Assembly (NCBI GenBank): GCA_963731445.1
Contig: CAVSVJ010000002.1
Coordinates: 232,395-296,394 of the forward strand
DNA from: an uncultured Solirubrobacterales bacterium
Lineage (GTDB): Bacteria > Actinomycetota > Thermoleophilia > Solirubrobacterales > Solirubrobacteraceae
DNA length: 64,000 bases
Reading direction: 5' to 3'
Positions within the stretch are counted from its first letter, which is position 1. Each line of letters begins with the position of its first letter. Below are positions 16,658 through 31,845 of the stretch, one piece after another. Made by a program: the position numbers and the translations under genes. The notes beneath the pieces were generated by a model. It made no database searches. It was not told where the DNA came from and was given only the letters and a program-made list of their open reading frames with translations.

Positions 16658-17656
16658 CTACGCGACCCCGGCGGGGACGACGTCGCGGATCTCCTTGGGC
16701 AGCATGAAGCGCACGTCCTCGCGGGCGGCGCTGAGCGTGTCGACGTCCTCGACGCCGCGCTCGCGGAAGAAGCCGACGAGGTCGCGCACGAGCGACTCGG
16801 GGGCGCTGGCGCCGGAGGAGATGCCGACGGTGCGCTTGCCGGCGAGCCACTCCTCGCGCACTTCCTCCTTGCCGTCGATGAGGTGGGCCTCGGTGCCGAT
16901 GTCGCGGGCGACCTCGACGAGGCGCACGGAGTTGGAGGAGTTGCGCGAGCCGATGACGAGCAACAGGTCGCACTGCCCGGCAAGCTCCTTGACGGCGGCC
17001 TGGCGGTTGGTGGTGGCGTAGCAGATGTCATCGGTGCGGGGTCCGACGATGCCGGGGAAGCGCTCTTTGAGGCGGGCGAGGATGGCAGAGGTCTCTTCGA
17101 CGGAGAGCGTCGTCTGGGTGACGTAGGCGAGGCGCTCGGGGTCCTCGATGACGAGCCCCTCGACGTCCTGCTCGGTTTGCACGAGGACGATGTGCTCGGG
17201 GGCCTCGCCCATGGTGCCTTCGACCTCCTCGTGGCCCTCGTGGCCGATGAGCACGATCGTGTAGCCCTCGCGCGCGAAGTTGAGCGCCTCGCGGTGGACC
17301 TTGGTGACGAGCGGGCAGGTGGCGTCGATCGTACGCAGCTCTAGCGCCTGGGCGTTACTGCGCACGCTGGGGGCGATGCCGTGGGCGGAGAAGACCGTGA
17401 CGGCGCCGGGCGGGATGTCGGTCTCCTCCTCGACGAAGATGGCGCCCTGCTCGCGCAGCTGCGCGACGACGGTCTTGTTGTGCACGATCTCCTTGCGCAC
17501 GTAGACGGGCGGGCCGTGCTTGCGCAGGGCGCGTTCTACCGTCTGCACCGCGCGGTGCACGCCGGCGCAGTAGCCGCGCGGCGCGGCGAGCAGCAGTCGC
17601 CCAACAGTGTTCTCGGCAATATGGGGCCCAGAGCCCGGGTCGCTCACCGTTTGCAT
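16658..17656 (-). CDS. ispH: 4-hydroxy-3-methylbut-2-enyl diphosphate reductase
   Basis: PRGYCAGV, IVHN, SAHG, DATCPLV, DDICYATTNRQ, SSNS, SGASAP; start approximate. Confidence 0.95.
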   Translation of the reverse strand: MQTVSDPGSGPHIAENTVGRLLLAAPRGYCAGVHRAVQTVERALRKHGPPVYVRKEIVHNKTVVAQLREQGAIFVEEETDIPPGAVTVFSAHGIAPSVRSNAQALELRTIDATCPLVTKVHREALNFAREGYTIVLIGHEGHEEVEGTMGEAPEHIVLVQTEQDVEGLVIEDPERLAYVTQTTLSVEETSAILARLKERFPGIVGPRTDDICYATTNRQAAVKELAGQCDLLLVIGSRNSSNSVRLVEVARDIGTEAHLIDGKEEVREEWLAGKRTVGISSGASAPESLVRDLVGFFRERGVEDVDTLSAAREDVRFMLPKEIRDVVPAGVA

Positions 17657-17738
17657 TGTAGGCTCTATGTGGTCGGGGCCAGAGCGATCCTGCTGGACGC
17701 GGCCCCAACCCCTCCCCTTCCTTCCCTTCGGTTCACAT

Positions 17739-19328
17739 ATGCCCCCCCGCCACCTCGACCGCTTGACAGCTGTGGATGCGTCCTTCCTGCACCAGGAGGG
17801 GGCGCACTCGCACATGCACGTGGGCGGGTTGACGATCCTGGAGGGGCCGGCTCCTTCGATTGACGAGTTTCTGGAACAGATCCGCTGGCGGCTGCACCTG
17901 GTCCCGCGCTACCGCCACAAGCTGGCGCACACGGCGATCGACAGCGGGCGCCCGGTGTGGGTGGATGACCCGAGCTTCAACCTGGAGTACCACGTGCGCC
18001 ATACGGCGCTGCCCACGCCGGGCGGCTGGGAGCAGCTGCAAAGCCTGACGGCGCGGATCTTCTCGCAGCGCCTGGACCGCTCGAAGCCGCTGTGGGAGAT
18101 GTGGCTCATAGAGGGCCTCGATGAAGATCGATTCGCCTTGATCTCGAAGACCCACCACTCGCTGATCGATGGCATCGCGGGCATCGACCTGGCGACGGTG
18201 CTGTTTGACCTCTCGCCGGAACCGCCGCCGGTGCGTCACAACGGTCGCCCGTGGCAGCCACACCGCGAGCCGCATACGGCGGAGCTCTTGGCGGCGGGCC
18301 TGCGCGGCGCGGCGAAGGCGGGGCTCGAGCTGGTGAGCAACACGCTCGAGGCGCTGACGCACCCCGACCGCGCGCTGGCGAGCGCGCGCGAGGCGGCGGA
18401 GGGCGTGGGCGAGATCGTGTGGGCGGGCCTGAACCCGGCGCCGCCGAGCCCGCTGAACGTGGACATCGGGCCGCACCGGCGCTTCGTGGGCGTGGGCAGC
18501 TCGCTTGAGGACTTCAAGGTGGTGAAGAACGCGTTCGGCTGCACGGTGAACGACGTGGTGCTGGCGACGGTGACGGGCGCGCTGCGGAGCTTCTTGATCG
18601 CGCGGGGAATCCGCACGGAGGGCCTCGAGCTGCGGGCGCTGGTGCCGGTGTCGGTGCGCGGCAAGGACGAGCACGACGAGCTGGGCAACCGCATCGTGGT
18701 GATGCGCGGGCCGCTGCCGGTGTACATCAGCGACCCCCTGGCGCGGCTGCGCTTCGTGAAGCAGGCGATGGATGGCCTGAAGGAGTCAAAGCAGGCGCTG
18801 GGCGCGGAGGTGATCGCGGGCGCGCAGAACTTTGCGCCGCCGACGATCCTGGCACAGGCCTCGCGCCTGAACTTCAGCACACGCCTGTTCAACTTGATCG
18901 TGACGAACGTGCCGGGCCCGCAGTTCCCGCTGTATGTGCTGGGGCGCAAGATGCTGGAGGCCTACCCGGTGGCGTTCCTGCCCGAGCATCACGCGCTGGC
19001 GGTGGCGATCATGTCCTACAACGGCCAGATGAACTTCGGGCTGCTGGGCGACTTCGATGCGCTGCATGACATCGAGAGCTTCGGCGAGAGCATCGCGCAG
19101 GAGCTGGCGACACTGGTGTCGCTGGCGGGCGGTGAGACCTCGCCGACGCCGGGGTCCCCGCGAGCCGGCTCCCCCTCGCTCGGCTCTCCCTCCCCTGGTT
19201 CCCCTACCGCACGGACATCCTCCGCGCCGCGGAAAGGGCAGCGCCGGCGTCGAGTATCCCCCAGCCCAGTTGGGGACTCCAACGGCGCCCAGGCGGACGC
19301 CGCGCCGTCGACTCCAGCAGCCGGATGA
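17739..19328 (+). CDS. Wax ester synthase/diacylglycerol acyltransferase
   Basis: Catalytic HHSLIDG motif, PLWEMW, TVNDVVL, TNVPGP. Confidence 0.92.
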   Translation: MPPRHLDRLTAVDASFLHQEGAHSHMHVGGLTILEGPAPSIDEFLEQIRWRLHLVPRYRHKLAHTAIDSGRPVWVDDPSFNLEYHVRHTALPTPGGWEQLQSLTARIFSQRLDRSKPLWEMWLIEGLDEDRFALISKTHHSLIDGIAGIDLATVLFDLSPEPPPVRHNGRPWQPHREPHTAELLAAGLRGAAKAGLELVSNTLEALTHPDRALASAREAAEGVGEIVWAGLNPAPPSPLNVDIGPHRRFVGVGSSLEDFKVVKNAFGCTVNDVVLATVTGALRSFLIARGIRTEGLELRALVPVSVRGKDEHDELGNRIVVMRGPLPVYISDPLARLRFVKQAMDGLKESKQALGAEVIAGAQNFAPPTILAQASRLNFSTRLFNLIVTNVPGPQFPLYVLGRKMLEAYPVAFLPEHHALAVAIMSYNGQMNFGLLGDFDALHDIESFGESIAQELATLVSLAGGETSPTPGSPRAGSPSLGSPSPGSPTARTSSAPRKGQRRRRVSPSPVGDSNGAQADAAPSTPAAG

Positions 19329-20298
19329 CCTGAGCGGCGCTAAGGCGCGGGGCGAGCTGGCGGATCATGGCGGCGACGCCGGCGACCTGCGGCGCGGCCA
19401 TGGAGGTGCCGGCGAGGTAGGAATAGCGGTCTTCGCCGGAGAGGGCGACGCGGCAGAAGGCGCAGGGGGGCAAAGAGGAGGAGATGCCGCTCTCGATGGA
19501 GGTGGGGTTGGTGGGGAAGGTGCTGAAGATGCCGGGGGGTCCGCCGCTGACGCCGGGACCGCCGAAGGAGCCGTAGGCGGCCATGGAGATCTCGCTGCCG
19601 TGGCCGGCGAAGAGCGAGCGGCGATCGGCGAAGTCGGCGGAGGTGACGGTGAGCCCGAGGCCGTTGCCGAGCCGCGAGCCGCTGCCGGGCGGCTGCAGGA
19701 TGTCGGCGGGGTAGCCCTGGTTGCTGACGGCTTCATCGGCGGCGGCGGCGACGAGGATGACCTTGTGGCGGTAGGCGTAGCGGATGGCGGCGCGCAGCCG
19801 CGAGGGCGCGCGCGCGGAGCCTTCGGTGCCGAAGCTCATGTTGATGGCCTGGGCGCCGTGGCGGGTGGCGTCGATGATGGCGCGCGCCTCGCTCGAGTCG
19901 GTTAGGTCGCTTTTCTCGATGAGCAGGCGGCAGTCATAGCCGGCGCCGGCGAGGCCGATGCCGTCGCCGGCGGCGGCGCAGGCGAGTCCGGCGACGCTGG
20001 TGCCGTGCCCGGAGCGATCGACGCGCGCGGAGCTTTCACCGGGTTCGCCGTCGATGTCGTGGACGTAGGCGATCTTGGGGGCGAGATCGGGGTGCGAGGC
20101 GTCGACGCCGGAGTCGATGATGGCGACCTTGGCGCCGTCGCCGTGCGTGACGGCCCAGGCCCGCGGCAGATCCTCGCGGATGGCCCACCACTCAAGCGGC
20201 GTCCCCGGCGGCGTGCCGGGCGCGGTCTCGAAGGTGCTGAAGGCAGGGTCATTCGGCAGCGCCGGACCGGCAAGCGCCTCCCCCACGCCGCCCAGCAA
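19204..20298 (-). CDS. S8 (subtilisin-like) serine peptidase
   Basis: VAIIDSG, HGTSVAG and GTSMAAP catalytic triad motifs; start uncertain. Confidence 0.88.
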   Translation of the reverse strand: MLGGVGEALAGPALPNDPAFSTFETAPGTPPGTPLEWWAIREDLPRAWAVTHGDGAKVAIIDSGVDASHPDLAPKIAYVHDIDGEPGESSARVDRSGHGTSVAGLACAAAGDGIGLAGAGYDCRLLIEKSDLTDSSEARAIIDATRHGAQAINMSFGTEGSARAPSRLRAAIRYAYRHKVILVAAAADEAVSNQGYPADILQPPGSGSRLGNGLGLTVTSADFADRRSLFAGHGSEISMAAYGSFGGPGVSGGPPGIFSTFPTNPTSIESGISSSLPPCAFCRVALSGEDRYSYLAGTSMAAPQVAGVAAMIRQLAPRLSAAQVIRLLESTARRPPGRRWSPQLGWGILDAGAALSAARRMSVR

Positions 20299-20318
20299 GA
20301 GCAGGAGCGTCGTCGCGA

Positions 20319-20615
20319 TCAGTAGCCAAGCGCGAACTTGGCGTCCTCGCTCATCTTCTCCGGCGACCAGGGGGGTGTGAAGACCATCTCGGACTCCACC
20401 GTCGCGACTCCATCGAGTTCGCCCACGAACTCTTCGATCTGTTCGGTGACCTGCGGCCCGATGGGGCAGCCGGGGGTGGTGAGGGTGAAGGTGACGCGCA
20501 CGTCTCCCCCATCGACCTCGACACCGTAGATGAGCCCGAGTTCGACGAAGTCCAGACCGAGCTCGGGGTCGATGACGTTGGTAAGCGCGTCCATGACATC
20601 GTCAACCGTGGGCAT
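20319..20615 (-). CDS. DUF59/SufT-like metal-sulfur cluster assembly factor
   Basis: VIDPELG...LGLIY...TLTTPGCP...PPW. Confidence 0.9.
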   Translation of the reverse strand: MPTVDDVMDALTNVIDPELGLDFVELGLIYGVEVDGGDVRVTFTLTTPGCPIGPQVTEQIEEFVGELDGVATVESEMVFTPPWSPEKMSEDAKFALGY

Positions 20616-20663
20616 CGAGATCAGCTTATCGAGCGACAGCGGCGCACCGCGCCACTACGCGGC

Positions 20664-21200
20664 CTAGTTATCGCAGCCCATTCGGTCCCACAAATACAGC
20701 TCGATGCACTCGTTAGCGAGCTCGATGGCGCGCGCGCGGGAGAGGCGGGGCAGAACCGTGTCGAGCGCCTGGTCCTCGGCGACGCCGGCTTGGAAGGCCT
20801 CCTCGCCGCGGAAGCCGGCGGCGATCTTGAGCGCCTCGCGGCGATTCTCGCCGAGGCTCGAGAAGACGCCGACGAGGAAGTCGGTGTTGGGTATCGGCTG
20901 GCCGACCTCCATCGAGGCGTGCCAGGCGGCGAGCATGCTGAGATCGTCGCTGTCGAGGCCGGCGATGGCCTTGGCGTAGTGCACGGAGAGCTCGTCTTCG
21001 GGGATGTCGTCGACCCAGGCGCGAACGACCTCGCCGACGAGCTGGCGACGAGCCTCACGTCCGACGGACTCGGCGATGACTCGAATGGCGTCTTTGGGTT
21101 CAATGAAGCAGAGCGGGGGCATCGCGGAGCCGGCCTGGCCGAGTTGAGTATCGGACAGCCAACACTGTAAGCCCCCGTGAGGACGGTATTTTCCCGCCAA
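20664..21200 (-). CDS. Hypothetical protein
   Basis: Fills the gap co-directionally; the internal ATG (MPPLCF...) may be the true start; no motif recognised. Confidence 0.5.
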   Translation of the reverse strand: MAGKYRPHGGLQCWLSDTQLGQAGSAMPPLCFIEPKDAIRVIAESVGREARRQLVGEVVRAWVDDIPEDELSVHYAKAIAGLDSDDLSMLAAWHASMEVGQPIPNTDFLVGVFSSLGENRREALKIAAGFRGEEAFQAGVAEDQALDTVLPRLSRARAIELANECIELYLWDRMGCDN

Positions 21201-21239
21201 AGCACTCGCGTCTCTGCGGCGATGAGTCGGCGCGCGTGT

Positions 21240-22286
21240 CTAGAGCTCCAGCGCGTGGTGCGCACGCGCGAGCGTGTCGGCGTCGGCGCGGTCGTCGGGC
21301 ACGCCGAGATTGGCGCGCTCGCCGGCGCCCCAGTTGGCGAAGGCGAGATCGAGCGCTTCGATGGGCAGGGAGACGGCGTCGGCGAGAGCGGCGGCGCGGC
21401 GCTCGAGGATGAAGGGGTCGCCGATGCCGAAGATGCGTTTGGCGGTGAGCGTGGCGGGGTCCTCGGTGGCGTGGGTGGCGCCGCCGGCGAAGTGCAGGGA
21501 GTCGGCGTGCAGCTCATAGAGCCCGAGGCGCCCGACGGTGACGAGCATGTCGTAGCGGCCGCTGCGCGAGAGGCCGGGCAGCTGGAGACGCTCGAAGACG
21601 CGCTCGAAGCGCCGCTGCTCGCTCCAGGTGGGGTCGCCGGAGAAGGCGGCGACCTGCGAGCCGGCGCGCTCGGCCCACTGCAGGTAGGCGCGCAGCGTGT
21701 CGGCGCCGCGGGCGGGATCGTGAGAGGTGCGGGGGCCGAGCGGGATATCGGCGAGGTCGGGCAGCTCGGCGTCGAGGCGCCAGTCGGGCACCTCGACGCC
21801 GCCGCAGGCATGAAGGGCCTGGCGGATGCCGAGGAAGGGGTCCTCGCCCTGCAGGGGCGAGAGGTAGGCGAGGAGGAAGCAGATCCAGGTGGCGCGCTCC
21901 CAGCTGCTCTGCTGGCGGATCTCGGCGTAGAGGCCTGCGGGAGACTCTTCGAGCGCGCGCAGGCGCCCGTGGGAGAAGGCGATCTCCTGCGCGAGGCGCT
22001 GGGCGTCGGCGGAGTTGTGCAGCGCGGGAAGGAGGGCGCAGCGGTAGCCGTCGTCCTCGCCGCGCGGGACGCCGTCGCGGTAGACGCGCAGGTTGCGCGT
22101 GCCGGAGCGCGCGCCGCGGCGGGTGGCTGAGCCGCTCGAGGGGCCCTTGGATGTGGCGCTGGAGGAGCCGCGGCGCGTGCCGGCGGCGACGGAGGAGCCC
22201 TTGCTGGCGGGCTCGAGACCGGGGACGGTGTCGCGGCAGATGGGACAGCGCTCGATGAAGCGGCTGTGACGGCAGAAGCGAGGCAT
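21240..22286 (-). CDS. aGPT-Pplase3-like protein with an N-terminal C-H-C-C Zn-binding motif
   Basis: WICFLLAY, RFERVFERL..GLSRSGRYDMLVTVGRLG and PATLTAKRIFG resemble the clade-3 pattern (recognised from memory); N-terminus FCRHSRFIERCPIC. Confidence 0.55.
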   Translation of the reverse strand: MPRFCRHSRFIERCPICRDTVPGLEPASKGSSVAAGTRRGSSSATSKGPSSGSATRRGARSGTRNLRVYRDGVPRGEDDGYRCALLPALHNSADAQRLAQEIAFSHGRLRALEESPAGLYAEIRQQSSWERATWICFLLAYLSPLQGEDPFLGIRQALHACGGVEVPDWRLDAELPDLADIPLGPRTSHDPARGADTLRAYLQWAERAGSQVAAFSGDPTWSEQRRFERVFERLQLPGLSRSGRYDMLVTVGRLGLYELHADSLHFAGGATHATEDPATLTAKRIFGIGDPFILERRAAALADAVSLPIEALDLAFANWGAGERANLGVPDDRADADTLARAHHALEL

Positions 22287-23656
22287 CAAGTTGAACTTAG
22301 CGCCAATCCCGCGCGCGGCGCGACGGGTAAAGCGAGCCCCCGCTCGCGGGCGCGCTGGGCGCCGGCGTGGCGCTCCTGGGCGAGGGTGTAGAGGTAGTCG
22401 TCGTAGTCGACCTGGATAGTGTGGCGCTTGGAGGCGATGTAGCGCTTGCGCATGGCGGCCTGGTCAGCGGATATGTCCTTGCGCAGCTGGGCGGGAAGGG
22501 GCAGGGCGTACTCGCCGCGGAGGTAGTCGCCGACCCAGGCGCCCTGGGCCTCGGCGAGGGGCATGATGGCGCCGAGGGGCTGGAGGAGGCCGATGAAGAA
22601 GACGTTGGGGATGTCGGGGTGAAAGACGCGGCGGAAGAGCTCGATGTGATTGTCGGGCGCGGAGATGAGCTCCTGATCGAAGAAGGGGAAGGTGATCTTG
22701 TAGCCGGTGCAGTAGACGACGACGTCGGCGTGGACGGTGGAGCCATCGGCGAAGCGCACTTCCTGGCCCTGGAGCGAGGCGATGTTTGGCTTGGGCTGGA
22801 TGGTGCCGTGGGCGATGCGGTCGAGGATGCGCCCGGAGACGGTGGGATGGGCCTCGCCGAACTTGTGGTTGGGCTTGGGCAGGCCGAAGGTCTCGGGGTT
22901 GCCGGCGGTGGTCTTGATGACCTGATGGATCATGCGCTGGCGAATCTTGAAGGGTATGCGCGGATTCTGGGGCAGCTGGTCGACGGGCCGGCCGAAGACG
23001 TACTTGGGGATGATCCAGGCGCCCTGGCGCGCGGCGAGATAGGTGTTGCGCGCGACGTAGGAGCTCTCGACGGAGATGTCCATGGCGGAGTTGCCGATGC
23101 CCAGGACCACAACATCCCTATCTACAAAAATCGAGTTGTCGACGTAGGTGTGCGCGTGCATCTGCAAACCGGCGAAATCCTGGGCGCCGGGAAAGGCGGG
23201 TTCGGGCCAGCGCTGGTCCCAGTGATGACCGTTGGCAACGAGAAGCGCGTCGTAGCTACGGGTCTCGCCGGTGTCGAGCGCGATCTCCCAAACCCCATCC
23301 TCGCGCCGCGAAGCATGCTCGACGCCGGTCTCGAACTCGATGAGCTCGCGCAGCCCGAAGTGATCGACGTAATCATCGAAGTAGCGGGCAATATGCGTGT
23401 GATGCGGAAAATCGGGGATGGAGCTGGGCATGGGGTAGTCGGCGTACTGCATGCGCTCGCGGGAGACGTTGATGAAGAGGTCGCGATACGCGGCGGACAT
23501 GCCGTTCTTGTTGCCGAACACCCAGTTGCCCCCGACGCGATCGGACTTCTCGAAGCAGTCGAAGGGAATACCGCGGTCGCGCAGCGCCTTGATGGCGGCG
23601 ATACCGGAGGAGCCGGCGCCGATGACGCAGACCTTGGGCAGGGCGGAATCGCTCAT
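22286..23656 (-). CDS. Flavin-containing monooxygenase
   Basis: GAGSSG, VGGNW, FAGLQMHAHTY (FMO fingerprint), GIGNSA, YCTGY. Confidence 0.92.
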   Translation of the reverse strand: MSDSALPKVCVIGAGSSGIAAIKALRDRGIPFDCFEKSDRVGGNWVFGNKNGMSAAYRDLFINVSRERMQYADYPMPSSIPDFPHHTHIARYFDDYVDHFGLRELIEFETGVEHASRREDGVWEIALDTGETRSYDALLVANGHHWDQRWPEPAFPGAQDFAGLQMHAHTYVDNSIFVDRDVVVLGIGNSAMDISVESSYVARNTYLAARQGAWIIPKYVFGRPVDQLPQNPRIPFKIRQRMIHQVIKTTAGNPETFGLPKPNHKFGEAHPTVSGRILDRIAHGTIQPKPNIASLQGQEVRFADGSTVHADVVVYCTGYKITFPFFDQELISAPDNHIELFRRVFHPDIPNVFFIGLLQPLGAIMPLAEAQGAWVGDYLRGEYALPLPAQLRKDISADQAAMRKRYIASKRHTIQVDYDDYLYTLAQERHAGAQRARERGLALPVAPRAGLALSST

Positions 23657-23748
23657 GAACGTCCAGCCTAGAGAAATACGAGGCGAATCGCCAAGCAGAT
23701 GTGTCTTTGTTTGAAGAGGCTCCGCTTCGCTCCGCCGTGGGTGCCGCG

Positions 23749-24234
23749 TCATGCGTTCCGATCGCGTGCGACGGTGCGAGCGCGTGCGAGCACTGCATCG
23801 GCGGCGGCCAGGTCCTGCTCGCTCGGGGGACCGTGTTCGGCTTCCCATTCGGCCACCGCGGCAAGCCCGTCCTCGATCGCGGCTGGCAGCTGGCTAGCCA
23901 ACTCATCAAGGCCGCGCTGGCCGCGTGCGGCCAGCATCTGGGCGGGAGAGTCTCCGCGTAGGTGGGGCGAGGGAGCGCTGAGCCACTGCCCGACCTGGCG
24001 ATCGCTCTGCATGTGGGGTCGGACCTGGTCGCAGAGCTGGAGCATGCGCAGGACCTGCGCGGACTTCTTGACCTGCGGACGCACGACCTGGCGCTTGCGC
24101 CAGCAGGCGACGGTGGCCTCGTCCCAGCGGAGGGCAGCGGCGAGCGGCGCGTCGCGGCCGAAGAAGAGATGCAGACGCGCGAAGTTATCGAGCGCAAGGG
24201 TGGCAAAACTGGACGGCGCTCGGGGCTCAGACAT
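23749..24234 (-). CDS. Xre/MbcA/ParS-like antitoxin-domain protein
   Basis: GQWLSAPSPHLRGDSPAQML C-terminal motif; no RES toxin next to it. Confidence 0.6.
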   Translation of the reverse strand: MSEPRAPSSFATLALDNFARLHLFFGRDAPLAAALRWDEATVACWRKRQVVRPQVKKSAQVLRMLQLCDQVRPHMQSDRQVGQWLSAPSPHLRGDSPAQMLAARGQRGLDELASQLPAAIEDGLAAVAEWEAEHGPPSEQDLAAADAVLARARTVARDRNA

Positions 24235-24279
24235 GCATCACGAGCTTACACTAAGGTCACTCCACCGCAGTGTAGATGC

Positions 24280-25925
24280 CTAACCCGCTCCGACCCCCGG
24301 GCCGACGTGCTGGGGAGGCCCCTCGGGCCCTTCGTCGGCGTCGGCGTGCCCGGCGCAGCCCTGGTCTTCGGGCAGCGAGCCAGCGCCGGACCCCTCGCCG
24401 CGCTTGGCGGCGAGGAAGCGGTCGACGATGCGGGCGCACTGGCGCCCCTCGTTGATGGCCCAGACGATGAGAGACTGACCGCGGCGGGCGTCGCCGGCGG
24501 CGAAGACGCCGGGCACGGAGGTGGTGTAGGGCGAGATGGCCTTGACGTTGCCGCGGGGGTCCTTCTCGACGCCGAGCTGGTCGAGGAGCTGCTGCTCGGG
24601 ATGCAGGAAGCCCATGGCGAGCAACACGAGCTGGGCGGGGAGCTCGCGCTGGGTGCCGTCGATGGGCGCGAAGGGCGGCTCGGCGGCGGCCTGGGCGATG
24701 TGCAGCGCGGCGACGCGACCGCTGTCATCCCCGGAGAGATGGGTGGTGGTGACGGAGTAGTCCTGCTCGCCGAGGCCGGCGTCGCGAGCCTCCTCCATGG
24801 CGTAGGAGAGGCGGTACTTGAGCGGCCAGAGCGGCCAGGGGGTGCGCGCGTCGGGGCGGCGCGGGGGCGGCTCGGGGAGGAGCTCGAGCTGGACGATGGA
24901 GCGGGCGCCCTCGCGCAGGGCGTTGCCGACGCAGTCGGCGCCGGTGTCGCCGCCGCCGATGACGATGACGTTCTTGTCGCGAGCGGTGATCTCGCCAGAA
25001 CCGCGTCCGGGGTCTCTGTTGACACCGGCCGACCCGGCCTCCACCCCGGCGGATCCAGCCGCCACTCCGCCGTTGACCGGCGGCTGCGCCACGGTGGGCG
25101 CGGGGCCGAACTCGCGGGCCACCCAGCGGTTGCGCTGGTAGAGGTAGTCCATGGCGAAGTGCACGCCCTGCAGCTCGCGCCCGGGCACGGGCAGGTCGCG
25201 GGGCACGCGGGAGCCGGTGGCGAGGACGACGGCGTCGAAGTGCTCGCGCAGTTCCTGCACACTTACATCCCGTCCCACGTCGACGCCGCAGCGAAGCTCG
25301 ACCCCCTCGGCGATGAGCTGCAGGACGCGGCGCTCCACGACGGTCTTCTCGATCTTGAAGTCGGGGACGCCGAAGCGAACGAGCCCGCCGGCGGCCTCGT
25401 CGCGCTCATACAAGGTGACGCGGTGCCCGGCGCGGCGCAGCTGCTGGGCGGCGGCCATGCCGGCGGGGCCGGAGCCGACGACGGCGACGCCTTGGCCGGT
25501 CTCGCGCCGGGGAGGCTCGGGCCGGATCCAGCCTTCGGCGAAGGCGCGGTCGACGATCGCATGCTCGATCTGCTTGATCGTGACGGCGTCGCCTTCGCGG
25601 ATCTCCAGCACGCAGGCGGCTTCGCAGGGCGCTGGACACAACCGCCCGGTGAAGTCGGGGAAGTTGTTGGTGGCGTGCAGCTGGGCGCTGGCCTCCTGCC
25701 AGCGGTCGCGATAGACGAGGTCGTTCCAGTCGGGAATGAGGTTGCCGAGGGGGCAGCCGTTGTGGCAGAAGGGCACGCCGCATTCCATGCAGCGACCGCC
25801 CTGCTCGCGCAGTTCGGGATCTGGAGCGGGAAGGACGAACTCGCGGTAGTCCTGCGTGCGCTCGGAGGGGTCGCGGTAGCGCGCGCCGTGGCGCTCGATC
25901 TGCAGGAAGCCGCCGAGCTTGCCCA

Positions 25926-25926
<1 letters not shown>
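24280..25926 (-). CDS. gltD: Glutamate synthase small subunit
   Basis: RCMECGVPFC, GCPLGNLIP, GRLCPAPCE, GSGPAG, GGGDTGADC, GQSLIVWAI. Confidence 0.95.
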
Positions 25927-30696
<4,770 letters not shown>

Positions 30697-30974
30697 GGAA
30701 GTGCTCCCGGGAGGCGTGGTTCTCCCGTACGGGTGGGGGACGCCCGTAGGGCAACTGCGGGCACCTGAGGCGGAGCCTGAAAGCGTAGCATCGCGGGGGC
30801 CGCGGAATACCTCCAGCCCCTGTCGTATGCTGCGCCATGAAGCGGTGGTCAACCACAGCGCTCGGAATAGACGAACTGCCGTATCGACCGAGAGTCATGG
30901 ATGTGTGAAAAGCGCCTCGGCAGGGGAGCATCATTGATGATGAGCAAGAGCCCAACGGCTGAGGGTGGGCAGGT

Positions 30975-31423
30975 GATGACGCACGACGCCGGCGATGTCA
31001 TGGCGATGGCGCGGACGCAGAGCGCGCCCGATGTGGAGCTGCTGCTGCCGGCGCGCGCGGAGAACGTGGCGATCGTGCGCCATGCGCTGGGGGCGCTGGG
31101 CGAGGTGCTGGAGGTTGATGAGCAGACGCTCTCGGACATCCGCCTGGCGGTGACGGAGGCGTGCACGAACGTGGTGGTGCACGCGTACCCGAACGGCGAG
31201 GAGGGACCGCTCGAGGTGCTGGCGACGCTGGCGGATGAGGAGCTGACGGTGGTGGTGCGCGATGAGGGCGAGGGCATATCGCCGCGCCAGGACAGCCCGG
31301 GCCTGGGCCTGGGGCTGCCGCTGATCGCGTCGCTGGCGGAGAAGGTGCAGCTGGGCCACGATGCGCAGCAAGCGCACGGAGGTGCGCATGACGTTCTCGC
31401 TGGCGGCGCTCGAGGAGTCATGA
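30975..31423 (+). CDS. RsbW-like anti-sigma factor / HATPase; apparent frameshift near 31370
   Basis: IRLAVTEACTNVVVHAY, VRDEGEG, GLGLPLI; the natural end RTEVRMTF..EES* is in a shifted frame; start approximate. Confidence 0.8.
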
Positions 31424-31845
31424 CGGGGCGAGACATCGCTGCGACTGGCCAAGGGGCCGCTGGCGGGCCGGTGCTGTGCCGGGTGGTCTCGATGGTGCTG
31501 GCGCGCGCGGACTGCCCGGTGGATCGCCTGGACGATGCGCTGCTGGCGTGCGAAGAGATCGCGACGCACGGACTGGGCTTCGTGGCCGATGGCCATCTGA
31601 GCGTGACGCTGAAAACCGAAGCGTGATCAGCTGGAGCTGCGCGTGGGCGAGCTGGCGGAGCGGGGCGCGGAGGGGATGCTCTCGGCGGCGATGGTGCCGG
31701 GAGTGGGAAACGTGCTGGAGCGGGTGAGCGATGAACTGCGGGTGGAGCCGGGGAAGGACGGCGGCGCCGGGCGAACTGGTGCTGGGGATCAGCTTCCGCG
31801 CGGCGAGCGGGGGGCCCAGCGATGGGCGCTCCGCCTCGGCTTAGC
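31420..31845 (+). CDS. Degenerate HATPase/RsbW-like partner protein, broken by several apparent frameshifts
   Basis: ATGA coupling. Segments GPVLCRVVSMVLARADCPVDRLDDALL and DQLELRVGEL..VGNVLERVSDE lie in successive frames; end approximate. Confidence 0.5.

Noticed and set aside
19204..19328. Convergent 3' overlaps (WS/DGAT with the S8 peptidase; redoxin with the phosphoesterase at 15521-15629) as functional antisense regulation
   Set aside because: The overlapping tails are low-complexity run-on sequence, common where stop codons are rare.
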